A DNA stretch of 63,931 bases, filler included, from Octopus bimaculoides (GCF_001194135.2; 7 parts of 7 records of this genome joined end to end with filler, not necessarily neighbours in it); one strand, 5' to 3'. Shown: positions 52,650-63,931, counted from the whole stretch's first letter. Translations and numbers: made by a program. Notes: generated by a model not told the origin, from the letters alone.

Positions 52650-53335
52650 GTTAGGATCAGATGAAACCTTGAATAAAACAGGTGAACAAGCGGAAATAAG
52701 CCTTGTCCACAGTGCCAATATCACAACATAACCATAATACTTCCTGGCTGAAATAAAACAGATATTTTTTTTTTTCTTTTTTTTTTCGGTTATTGGATTT
52801 TTAAAGCAGGAAGAGGACGGTGCCAGGTGTTGCTAATGAATAGCACTTAATAACTTTCAGTGTTGCTAATGAATTGCACTGAGTGACCTCAGAGACTGGC
52901 AAACGGTGGGAGGGAGTGGAAGAAGGCTGTCAATTGTGTATGTCTGTGTGTGTGTGTGTGTGTGTGCACGATTGTGTGTTTGCAAGTGTGTGTGTGGGTG
53001 TGTGCCTGGGTGTGTATGTATGGGGAAGGGGTGGTAGGAGATTCAATGACACTCTAGATGTGTGCACACATGTACGTCCATATACATCCACATGCAGACA
53101 CATAATAACATGTATAAAATAAACATATTTATGTCTACCTTTGTTTATATACTCCTGTATTTCATAACAGTGTATGTGTTCATGAGTATATACTTATATA
53201 TATTATTATCATAAATATACATATATATGTATATATCCACATACATGCATAAACATGTATATATACACATATATATATGTGTGTGTGAGTATATATACAT
53301 ATATGTATATATGTATATATATATANNNNNNNNNN

Positions 53336-53385
<50 letters not shown>

Positions 53386-53826
53386 TATATATATATACAT
53401 ATATATGTATGTGTGTATGTATATAGAAATACATATATATGAATGTTTATTTTCAATATTTGTTAATTATTTCTAGTGCGATATTTGAATTATATACTCT
53501 CTACTATGTATGAATGTTGAAATGCATCTAACTATATGTGGTTATGTGTGTGCTTGTGTGTGCTTGTGCATGTGTGTGTATGTGTGTGTGTGTGTATGTG
53601 TGCTAGAGGAAACAGAATATAGAATTAACTATTTGTATTAATGTTTATATACTCAACAGAGTTCCTTTATATTTCCTGCCTGTCACTCTCCGCCCAGCCT
53701 CTCCTCTCTCACTTTCTTACACACATATGTACATACATACATACATACATACATACATACATACACATCATACATACATATATACATACATACATAGACA
53801 CACCTTACATTAAATGATATATATCT

Positions 53827-53858
<32 letters not shown>

Positions 53859-55116
53859 NNNNNNNNNNNNNNNNNNNNNNNNNNNNNNNNNNNNNNNNNN
53901 NNNNNNNNNNNNNNNNNNNNNNNNNNNNNNNNNNNNNNNNNNNNNNNNNNNNNNNNNNNNNNNNNNNNNNNNNNNNNNNNNNNNNNNNNNNNNNNNNNNN
54001 NNNNNNNNNNNNNNNNNNNNNNNNNNNNNNNNNNNNNNNNNNNNNNNNNNNNNNNNNNNNNNNNNNNNNNNNNNNNNNNNNNNNNNNNNNNNNNNNNNNN
54101 NNNNNNNNNNNNNNNNNNNNNNNNNNNNNNNNNNNNNNNNNNNNNNNNNNNNNNNNNNNNNNNNNNNNNNNNNNNNNNNNNNNNNNNNNNNNNNNNNNNN
54201 NNNNNNNNNNNNNNNNNNNNNNNNNNNNNNNNNNNNNNNNNNNNNNNNNNNNTCAATATAGTTTTTGTATTCTGTTCTTCAAGAATATGAATGGGTGTAA
54301 CTTGCGTGTCTATATATACAATTATGTTGTGTGTGTGTGTATTTGTGTATATATTTGTATGTCTAACAAATCCTGCTCCTGTATGTAAGAATATATGTAT
54401 ATAAAAGTGTATATGTGTATGTGTGGTCAGTATTACTAGAATGGAGGAAATCAAAATCTTTGAACTTTCCATATTTATTTTTCTTTAGATTTGATGGAGG
54501 AAATTCTGTTTTAATGCTGTACATTTTCTTCAGACATACACACAGAAAGACACAGATATATGTATATACATAAAAATACACGTTACACACATAAAAACAC
54601 ACGTAAAACTCACATAACATATACAAAGAAAACCACACACACACACACACACTATGACATACTCACACACACATGAATAAAACGCACCACGCACATATAT
54701 AGATCCTATCATATAAGCAGATACATGTAGAAAGCACACAGACATCAGCAGCTAACCCCATTAAATGTATTGACTGTCAAGGTTAAGTCAATAGTCAGGT
54801 ACACTTTGACTGTTTATTGGTTATAAGCTTAGATAAATCAACATATGTACACAAAGAACAAATTATGATAAATTACTGATATTGCTGATGAATTGTCAAC
54901 CCTGACTTTATGGAGCAAGCTGCCATTTGTTGAATCTTTCTTTCTCACACTCGTCTATTATTTTGTATTATATTAGATCAATTGCTCTTCATGTGCAGTC
55001 AAGTGTTTATTTAATAAAAAGACATTTATATTCTTTGTTCCTTCACTTTCCCTCTCTTTTTAAGAAAAATCAGTCAATTGTCTGGTTATTGTTTTTGAAT
55101 CTATATATATATATAT

Positions 55117-55573
55117 ATAGCTAGCTAGAGGCGATGGCTTCTTGGAGCTAATTCACGGCAGCTTTCGTCCTAATTTTGGGACTGCCATGTTGGCTTGGCG
55201 ATAACTATTAATTTCCAGTACCGCTGCCGTAGTCTCCTTTAGAGAGACTTAGAAATATTAATAACTCTATTTCTGAAAACCAGTGGATAGATTCCACTGA
55301 AATTAGATAAATAACCTTCGAACAGATAGTCAGCAGCGCCTCCTGGCCGGAGCTTGGCTGCTCTGCATTGACAAGGGGCAACACCCTGAAACTAGTCTGC
55401 AGATGCCAAACCAGCAGGGGGACACTGCTGACCTCCCCTGTTCGAAGGTTATAAAGGACACAGGTTTCGTGTGTCACATAGCTAGCTAGAGGCGATGGCT
55501 TCTTGGAGCTAATTCACGGCAGCTTTCGTCCTAATTTTGGGACTGCCATGTTGGCTTGGCGATAACTATTAAT
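55117..55573 (+). mobile_element. Retrozyme-like element: 361-nt unit plus a perfect 96-bp terminal direct repeat, inserted in (TA)n
   Basis: 55117-55212 is identical to 55478-55573. (TA)n lies on both flanks. The element is GC-richer than its flanks, rich in hairpins and has an internal HHR. Confidence 0.8.
55362..55403 (+). ncRNA. Minimal type I hammerhead ribozyme with U3:A8 covariation
   Basis: Stem I TCTGCA/TGCAGA; core TTGACAA (55368-74); stem II GGGG-CAACA-CCCT; GAAA; palindromic stem III ACTAGT; GUC cleavage after 55397. Confidence 0.8.
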
Positions 55574-56090
55574 ATATATATATATATATATATAAGATTT
55601 ATTTATGTTTAAGGATCATATGGGTTTATTTTTACACATGAAGTATCTGTCCGAAAGTATTTTCAGTATTTGTCATTGAATTTCTTTATTAGTCATTGAA
55701 TTGTATCTGCTGGACTATTTTACTTTATATAGTTTATTACCTGAGAGATAACACAGTTTAAATTTGCAAACAGAAAGTTCTATACAACAGTGGTGGACCC
55801 AAGGTGGAGCCTGAGAGGTACGTGCCCACCTCAAGAAAAGAAGTGTACCCTTCTAAATAATGTTATTATGTCCATTTCTCCTGGAATTGTATGCACTTCT
55901 GACCTTGTGCCCACCCTCCAAAAAACCCCTGGGACTGTGCCTATACCCTCTACTATATTATGATTAGTGGAAATTTAGGTAATGATGGAAAAAGACTTTG
56001 GAAATAAAGGAAGGTAATCAGAGAAAAGTTTTAATTTTGTACAATATTTGACAGCAAATAAGGTGCATTTAATAAGGTGAATGAGCTTAA

Positions 56091-56312
56091 CCCATTAGCA
56101 TTTAAACCAGCCATATCCAGCCTAAATATGCCATTTGTTTTATGTTTGAAAATGGCTAGATTCAACTTCTCACACCAATCCTGCAATGTCGTTCTAAAAA
56201 TAAACAAACACATCTTCAAAATCTCGAAAACACAAAATAAGGCATAAATAATTTTACAAAATATTATTAAATAAGCAAGACGTTTGACAGAATGATCTGA
56301 AATGCTAAAGGG
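56091..56312. mobile_element. piggyBac-type MITE
   Basis: TTAA TSD at 56087-90 and 56313-16; TIRs CCCATTAGCATTT / AAATGCTAAAGGG. Confidence 0.85.
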
Positions 56313-56359
56313 TTAAAGATGTGCCCCAGTTTTAGCAAGCCTTTCTGTTTCTTTTATCT

Positions 56360-57620
56360 TCCATCTTTTACTTGTTTCAGTCATTTTACTGCAGTCATGC
56401 TGGGATGCCAACTTCAATGGTTAAGTCAAACAAATTGATTCCAGTACTTAGTTTTAAGTCTAATTGGTCATTTTACCAAACTGATAAGTTATGGGGATGT
56501 AAACAAACTAACATTAGTTGTAAAGGTGCATGGAGGGAAGACACGCATACACACACACACACACACACACACACAACAGGCTTCCACACAGTTTCCATTT
56601 ACCAAATATACTCAGAAGGAATTGGTTTTTACGGTGCTACATTAAAAGACGTTTACCCAAAATGCTGTAGAGTAGGATTGAACCCAAAACGATGTGGCTG
56701 CAAAGTGAGCTTCTTAACCATGTGGCCAAGGCTGCATCTTATAAACAATTCTCTTTAAATCTGTTTTCACTTTAGTTCATTGCCCTTCACACTATCAGGT
56801 GTATTCAGACCCTTATGAATCCCAATATTTCTCATTAAAAACCTTTACTCTATATCTATCACATATCTGAAAAAAGAACCCTTTCCAACTCCCATGTGTT
56901 CAGTTAAATTCTAAGAAACTAGTTAATCTAGTCTGGTTATATAAAGCAAGTATAACATGTTCATTTAGGAAGCTTGCTGCCCAACCACATGGTTCTGGGT
57001 TCAGTCCCATTGCATAGCACCTTGGGTGAGTGTCTTCTACTATAGCCTCAGGCCACCAAAGCCTTGTAAGTGGATTTGGTAGACAGAAACTGAAAGAAGC
57101 TTGTTGCATATATATATATATATATGTGTGTGTATGTGTATGTGTGTGTGTGTACATATGTATGTATGTATATATTTATGTGTGTGTGTCTGCATTTGTT
57201 CCAACCAATGCTGGTGTGTTTATGTCTTAGCACTTCGGGAAAAGAGACCGATAGAATAAGTACTAGGCTAACAAAGAATAAGTCCTAGGGTCAATTTCTT
57301 CGACTAAAACCTTTTAGAGCAGTGCTCCAGCATGGCTGCAGTCAAATGACTGAAACATGTAAAAGAATAAAAGAATATTTAGTTTCATACACAAAAAAAA
57401 AAATCTTAAATTCATTACTCTTTACTCTTTTACTCTTTTACTTGTTTCAGTCATTTTACTGTGGCCATGCTGGAGCACCGCCTTTAGTTGAGCAAATCAA
57501 CCCCAGGACTTATTCTTTGTAAGCCTAGTACTTATTCTATCAGTTTCTTTTGCTGAAGTGCTAAGGTACAGGGACATAAACACACCAGCATCGGTTGTCA
57601 AACGATGTTGCGGGGACACG
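56360..57620. mobile_element. Cluster of three SINE family B copies (56360-56735 minus, 56966-57372 plus, 57415-57620 minus)
   Basis: Each matches 58155-58670 or its reverse complement. Confidence 0.8.
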
Positions 57621-57627
57621 GATGGAC

Positions 57628-58140
57628 AGGATGAAGAATGAGGAGGTGCAAAGGTGAGTAGGAATGAGAGCAAAAATAACAACCAAAATGGATAGATGAA
57701 TGTTGAGGTGGTTTGGTCACATGGAGAGGTTGAATGAGGAGCAGATGGTAAGTGAGGCGATGAAGGCAGAAGTGGTAGGCAGCTGAACTAGATGCAGACC
57801 TCAGTTTGTGTGGATGGATGGAGTAAGGAAAGCTTTGGTGGTTAGCGGTATTGGAGTGAGAGAGGCAAGGAAGTTTATAAATGATAGGAAAGCTTGGAGA
57901 GTGTTTGTAGATGGATGAGTGAACTTGATGTTGCTCAGAGGAGAATGGAACCTGCATGATGTGGTGGGGGTAAACCAGCATATGCTGTTGGGCTCCACTG
58001 CTGATATTGAGGGTTGCGTTCTATGCCTTGACCTGAGCATAAGATGGAGATCACCTCTTTGAGCTGGGAAATGAATGGAATGCCTGAGTGTGTCCTGTTG
58101 TGGCTTCTCCTTCCTAATGAAAATGGGGAATAGGCTTGGG
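57628..58140 (+). mobile_element. 3' end of a second RTE lineage (family R2)
   Basis: MKNEEVQR*VGMRAKITTKMDR*MLRWFGHMERLNEEQMV...RPQFVWMDGVRKAL...DRKAWRVFV, with a different 3' UTR from R1. Confidence 0.75.
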
Positions 58141-58154
58141 TATATATATATATA

Positions 58155-58333
58155 GGCGCAGGAGTGGCTGTGTGGTAAGTAGCTTGCTTACCAACTACAT
58201 GGTTCTGGGTTTAGTCCCACTGCGTGGCACCTTGGGCAAGTGTCTTCTACTATAGCCTCATGCCAACCAAAGCCTTGTGAGTGGATTTGGTAGACAGAAA
58301 CTGAAAGAAGCCCATCGTATATATATATGTATG

Positions 58334-58384
<51 letters not shown>

Positions 58385-58420
58385 NNNNNNNNNNNNNNNN
58401 NNNNNNNNNNNNNNNNNNNN

Positions 58421-58462
<42 letters not shown>

Positions 58463-58670
58463 AGTGTATATGTTTGTGTGTCTGTGTTTGTCCCCCCAAC
58501 ACCGCTTGACAACCGATGCTGGTGTGTTTATGTCCCCGTAACTTAGTAGTTTGGCAAAAGACACCGATAGAATAAGTACTAGGCTTGCAAAGAATAAGTC
58601 CTAGGGTCAATTTGCTAAAGGCGGTGCTCCAGCATGGCCACAGTCAAATGACTGAAACAAGTAAAAGAGT
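58155..58670 (+). mobile_element. Best full-length SINE family B copy (tRNA head, CORE-like CACCTTGGGCAAGTG, internal microsatellite, 3' body)
   Basis: GGCGCAGGAGTGGCTGTGTGGTAAGTAGC...GGGTTTAGTCCCAC head; ends GACTGAAACAAGTAAAAGAGTA. It resembles the octopus OR-type SINEs (name tentative). Another head lies at 59708-59870. Confidence 0.9.
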
Positions 58671-59082
58671 ATATATATATATATATATTAAATAAAATGA
58701 AATTTTTTTTAATCAAGCAAAATTACAAATTATTAATTGTCACTATTTATTTGTTCAATTGCATTGTCTTGAAAAAAGTGGATTACAATGAAAAATGCAG
58801 ACGCATGGAGGTTAATATTCTTAAGTTATTAAAACTGGAAAAGTACAAGACAAGTTATTACACCTGCAAAAGTACAGGACAAGCATATTTAAAATATTGC
58901 AGCTACAGTTAAAATTTAATAATATATTTAGATTTAAAAATTAAAAAAAATAGCTTTTATTAATTACTCTATAATTAAAAAATTAACTCAAATAATAAAT
59001 TAAAGGCTAACAGTTAGCTAAAAATAAAAAAAATTTCAATAACCCCATTAAAAATGTTTTTTCAGTTACAAGTTTTTAAATA

Positions 59083-59318
59083 CAGTACTCCCTCGCCATA
59101 TCGTGGTTTACCTATTGTGGTTCACCTATCGCGGTTTATTATTTAAGCTTATGTCGATTCCTCTGTGGTGTTGTTTTGCATTTTCAAAATAATAAATATA
59201 TACAAATTACAAAAATAATAAAAAAAATATACAGTACAGTACTGTTTCTGCTTTGCAGATTTTCACCTATCATGTGGGTTTTTGGAATGTAACACCCACG
59301 ATAGTCGAGGGATTACTG
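59083..59318. mobile_element. pogo/Tigger-like MITE
   Basis: TA|CAGTACTCCCTCG ... CGAGGGATTACTG|TA. Confidence 0.8.
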
Positions 59319-59977
59319 TACTCCCATATCTATATGGATGGGTATATTGAGGGATTTATCTCCCCCAACATTTCATACCATATGAGCTATGTAGCCCCAT
59401 GCCAAGAAGAATTTTTTATATGGTATACTACTCACCGCCAAGCAAAAATTTTAATTAGGAAAAGTACCCAGCTCTCCAGAAAATATCACTGTACCCTCCC
59501 CTAAGCTTCAACGCCATCATAAAGGTAGCAATTAAACTTCCCTTTTTTGAAATTTCCAGAATATCAACCTTGTGGTGTCTTTATCAATGAATTATAGTGT
59601 GCCAATTTTTATCAGAAAGATGAACAAAAATGGAATTTCAGTTGAATAATACTTAAGAACTTTTAGTAGTTCTTAAAATCTTGTAATTGAAAAGACATTT
59701 TTAATGGGTGCAGGCATGGCTGTGTAGTAAGAAGCTTGCTTCCCAGCCACATGGTTCTGCATTCAGTCCCACTACATGGAACTTTAGGCAAGTATCTTCT
59801 ACTATATCCTCAGGCCAACCAAACCCTTGTAAGTGGATTTAGCAGACGGAAACTGAAAGAAGCACATCATATATATANNNNNNNNNNNNNNNNNNNNNNN
59901 NNNNNNNNNNNNNNNNNNNNNTTAATTAATTAANNNNNNNNNNNNNNNNNNNNNNNNNNNNNNNNNNNNNNNNNNNN

Positions 59978-60072
59978 GAAGAAGAAGAAGAAGAAGAAGA
60001 AGAAGAAGAAGAAGAAGAAGAAGAAGAAGAAGAAGAAGAAGAAGAAGAAGAAGAAGAAGAAGAAGAAGAAGA
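59978..60072. repeat. (GAA)n microsatellite
   Basis: About 31 perfect units. Confidence 0.95.
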
Positions 60073-60299
60073 AATGTATATAAAAGGGGTTGATTAGATG
60101 GGGTGTAACATGATTGATAAGCAGTCATTGAACCGCGCATCACTTGTATAATATTGATAATTGGAGACGACACACAGATGTCATAAAGAGCGTTAAGTGA
60201 ACCGAGAACTTACTGATATCTCAACCAACAATGCATTACACACACACACACATACACACACACACATATATATATATGTATATATATNNNNNNNNNNAC

Positions 60300-60334
<35 letters not shown>

Positions 60335-60435
60335 TATATACACAGAGTTGAAATTTACAGAAAAACAAAAGACGAAGACAGGTGCATGAACAACAAGTAG
60401 GTTTATTAGTTTGACGCTCGGGGAGGTGAGAAAGT

Positions 60436-60471
60436 CTTTTACGTTTCGAGCCTATGCTCTTCAATAGAAAG
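60436..60471 (-). ncRNA. Degenerate hammerhead motif in a probable PLE-related repeat
   Basis: Minus strand reads CTTT-CTATTGA-A-GAGC-ATAG-GCTC-GAAAC-GTA-AAAG. All three stems are present but the core is mutated. Confidence 0.45.
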
Positions 60472-60637
60472 GAATAAGAGAAAATAAACGGAGAGAACAC
60501 ATACATACCTACACACATACACACAAGCAATAAGGAAACAAAGAAATTCTTTAAAACACATTTAATGGCCGCAGTCAAATGGGTAATACAAGAAAATAAA
60601 AGATATGCATACACACATACACGCACGCGCATATATA

Positions 60638-60850
60638 GAGGGTGGCCCAAAAGTAGGTTTACAGTTATTACGTAGGCACTTTAAATTCCTTTTAAAACGT
60701 TTTATTACGTTTAAATTTCTACCTTACAATTAAACTAAATTAGCTTAGAATAATGGTTTCATATTGTTTTATAATTAAGATCAAAACTGTTAACATATGA
60801 ATGCGAAATCGATAGTTGAATAACTGTAAAACTACTTTTGAGCCACCCTG
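60638..60850. mobile_element. Tc1/mariner MITE, 213 bp
   Basis: TA|GAGGGTGGCCCAAAAGTAGGTTTACAGTT ... AACTGTAAAACTACTTTTGAGCCACCCTG|TA. Confidence 0.9.
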
Positions 60851-61106
60851 TATGTACGTATATACGTATACAAGCTGAAGATTACATCACTCAACGATCA
60901 GCAGACTGGCCGCGTCATTGCTGTCAAATACAGTCCGATATCACGCTAAAATTCTTCTATGTTTAAATTCTCTAAGGCTCAGAGCAAAGCAAACAATATG
61001 AATAATAATTAGTTGTAACAGAAGCCGTTGCTATTTCCAAACGTAAATTATATATAAAACATTTATCAGTGTAGTCCAAGACTCATAACGAAACACTTTA
61101 ATACTA

Positions 61107-61151
<45 letters not shown>

Positions 61152-62431
61152 TTTGTTTTTGTTTTAATGTATTCTGTTATGAAGTATAACATGGTTCACC
61201 TCCCCGCTTTCTGTCCACTCGAACACACAGTTCAACTGTGTCTCTTGAAAGTCAACTGAGGTATTTTATGAGATTTGTTTAAAGCGGTTTTCGTTTCACT
61301 TCTCTTCTTTTTCCCTTCTTTTCTCTTGTTTATTTTGTTAGTTAACTCTAAACTTCAGCAATTCTGTTGAAAATAATTCTTTTACTTGGTTTTTTGGGTT
61401 TTTTTGTATTTGATTCGCAAGATTCTTGATGTGAATTTGTGTATTGAAACAAATCTTGTTGTATCTTGGGACGGTCATTACACCAATAATACCTTCACTT
61501 CTTAATTGTTAGTCAATTGACCAGTTGACTAACAATAAAAAAGTGATATTCTACCAAGCCACAATAAGATAATTCTTTTATATCATTTATCTTTTTCCTT
61601 TTGTCTGAAATCTGTTTATGTGGGTTTGCTGGATTGTTGCTGCTTGACCATATGATATAAGGCGTTTAAGTCCCTTTCAGATCCCGTTTTCCGTTTTCTC
61701 TCCTCGTGTATTTTATATTTAATTATTTATGTATTTATTATTATTCCTTCTTTTACTCCATAAACAATACAATTTGCTTTTGTAATTCTTCCATCGCAGT
61801 GTTGGCGGATAGCTTCGTCATTACACCAATAAAATGAACTTTTAGATATGTTAACGCAAATGCACAGGCTAAAAACAAAATAATAACGCAGTGTGCAGTA
61901 TGAGGTGCCGAGAGAGAGGGAGAGGGGGGAGAGAAGGTAGAGATGGGGCATGTGAAAATGTTGTTGAAACATACACGGATGAAAGGTTTAACTGTTCTTT
62001 GGAACAAGTCTATCGGAAGAGAAGACCACAACCATATTTCACCAACGATTTATTGAACCAACGATCTGTTGATGGTTGAATCAAGGGAGATCTACATATT
62101 TATATGATAGAATACTGGAATACGTTACTAAACATATTAATTATGGCGCTGATGTGTTACTAAACCACTTTTCATACGAAAATATAAACACAGAGGAATT
62201 GCGATAACAGCAGTGCACCAGGATTGAGAAGTGAATACATTCCCAGACTCTCGTATCAGTTATGCATGCATACACGCACACACACACACATACATACATA
62301 CATACATACATACATACACACACATACATACATACATACATACATATACACATATACACATATATAAACACGCACACGCACACACACACACACACATCAG
62401 TTATATACATATATGTTTGTATGTGAGCGAT

Positions 62432-62484
<53 letters not shown>

Positions 62485-62584
62485 NNNNNNNNNNNNNNNN
62501 NNNNNNNNNNNNNNNNNNNNNNNNNNNNTTAATTAATTAANNNNNNNNNNNNNNNNNNNNNNNNNNNNNNNNNNNNNNNNNNNN

Positions 62585-63931
62585 TATTATTATTATTATT
62601 GTTGTTATTATTATTATCTTGACTCAAGGTTGTTCATATTCCTTATGGAATTTATCTGGGTTACTAATGATTTCAATAATCCATCAAGTGCTTTAAAACC
62701 CTTCTGATAGACTTTCCTGTTCCTAAGAAGCAAACTTGTAGAAACTCTGTAGGACACTCAGTTCAGTTCTCCTTAATCCATTTGTCTACTTCATCATTCA
62801 CAGTCTCCATGGGAACAATCTTCACAAATTTCATGCTCCAAATCATAGCAATCTCAAATTTTAATGGGTTGTGTTTTTACAACTTTCATCTGCTTTCTGC
62901 ACAGTCATAGCTTTAAATGGAGATTATGGCTAAATCAGTTAGCAAATTTAGTTTTCTTTATCTACTACTGTATATATCTGGCTTGCTATGTTCCATCTTC
63001 ATATCCATTTAAATGGGAAAATTTCACAATATTTGCATGTTTCTACCTCAAGTACTCTTTCTACCCAATGATTGTACCATGTACTTATTGCTTCAAACCC
63101 ACCATTTTTGAATCAGCCTCCAGTGTAAGAATTTTACAATCTGGTTATGTCTCCATTTGTTATATTCTCCCTGATATAACTTGAGGCGTTCTAAGTTGTT
63201 TGCAGTGCATGATCTTGAGCAGCTAGAATAAGGCTGTCCATTTCTTTTTTCATTCGTCCTTTTTTTCAACCAAGCCCAAGATTTTGTCCCACATACCTCT
63301 TCGATGGCTTTTCAAAACTGGTCGCGTAAAGGTTTCTCTTCAATCCATTTAATGCATTTTCTTTGAATTTCGTTTTTGTCCTTTTCTCCTTTCTCAGTCT
63401 TGATCACCTGTTCTTTATTCACTGCCTTTAGTAACTTTTTTGAGATGTTCTGCAAATAATTATATAAGCTGTTTCATTCCCCTTGCACATATTCCACCAC
63501 ACCAATTAAACCTCTTCCACTCTGGTGACTCTTCAAGTACAACCAGCTGATATCAGCTTTCAGGTAGTAGACTTCTTCATACAAAATCAGCAGCTTCCTA
63601 GTTTCTCTGTTAAATTTCCACATTTTGCATTTTGTCCAGTTCACATTTTCAGCTCCATGTCTGATAACTGGCACTGCTCTTGAATTAATTGCTTCAATAA
63701 CATTTCTTGAACTCAACCTTGATCGTAATATTTCCCTCACTCTCCTTGTATACTCCCTCCTTGCAGTTTACTTCATCTTTTTATGTTTTATTCCATTTGC
63801 CTAGAAGTATTCCCAAATACTTTATACCACAGCCTTTTCTCAACTGATTTCATTGTTTGCTCATTTGGCATTTCCATTCACTAGCTTAGTTCAAATCTTA
63901 CCCATTTTATTACCAAATCCTCATCATCATC
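62585..63931 (-). mobile_element. R4/Dong-like non-LTR retrotransposon, 3' portion with (TAA)n tail
   Basis: REILRSRLSSRNVIEAINSRAVPVIRHGA..WTK..RETRKLL..YLKSHQSGRGLIGV, then IWSMKFVKIVP and CFLGTGKSIRRVLK. (TAT)n tail at 62585-62615. Confidence 0.85.

Noticed and set aside
55140-55195. Minus-strand GTCC-loop-GGAC-GAAA in the 96-bp repeat looked like a second HHR
   Set aside because: The upstream core reads CATGGCA (2/7 match) and no stem I forms.
55208-55477. 89-aa minus-strand ORF spanning the unique part of the retrozyme-like unit
   Set aside because: It starts at GTG, has no recognisable motif, and a stop-poor frame is expected in GC-richer structured sequence.
40527-61821. A five-exon minus-strand chain (61821-61757, 52747-52668, 45343-45250, 44650-44565, 40567-40527) is phase-consistent
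   Set aside because: It crosses two synthetic spacers, exons were hand-picked, and no homolog is recognised. Only the within-segment part is kept, at low confidence.
75-62536. Many ORF-track entries rich in HT/VC/YI/X/poly-L/poly-M
   Set aside because: These are translations of microsatellites or N gaps.

Overview
Repeat-dense, AT-rich animal DNA. It is very likely octopod cephalopod (inferred from the tRNA/CORE-type SINEs, RTE LINEs with (CAT)n tails and dense microsatellites). Six identical synthetic 100-bp spacers (44N-TTAATTAATTAA-44N) split the window into seven segments whose adjacency is not established. No intact host gene could be identified; only weak candidate exons are offered. 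Recognisable content is mostly decayed mobile DNA: mariner (DD34D), a Tc1-like DD37E transposase, a Chapaev-type (CMC) transposase, a Penelope-like element, several RTE LINEs, R4/Dong-like LINEs, SINEs and MITEs. The most interesting signal is a set of eight hammerhead-ribozyme (HHR) motifs from about six different repeat families, found by manual folding. The best case is a 457-bp element at 55117-55573. It is a 361-nt unit plus a perfect 96-bp terminal redundancy, inserted in (TA)n, and carries a minimal type I HHR with a compensated U3:A8 core at the tip of a long nested stem. This is the architecture expected of a retrozyme or circular-RNA-derived insertion. A second notable family is a tRNA-headed SINE-like element carrying an HHR, present once as a single copy and once as a head-to-head ~500-bp palindrome. 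All calls are from reading by eye; no searches or folding programs were run.
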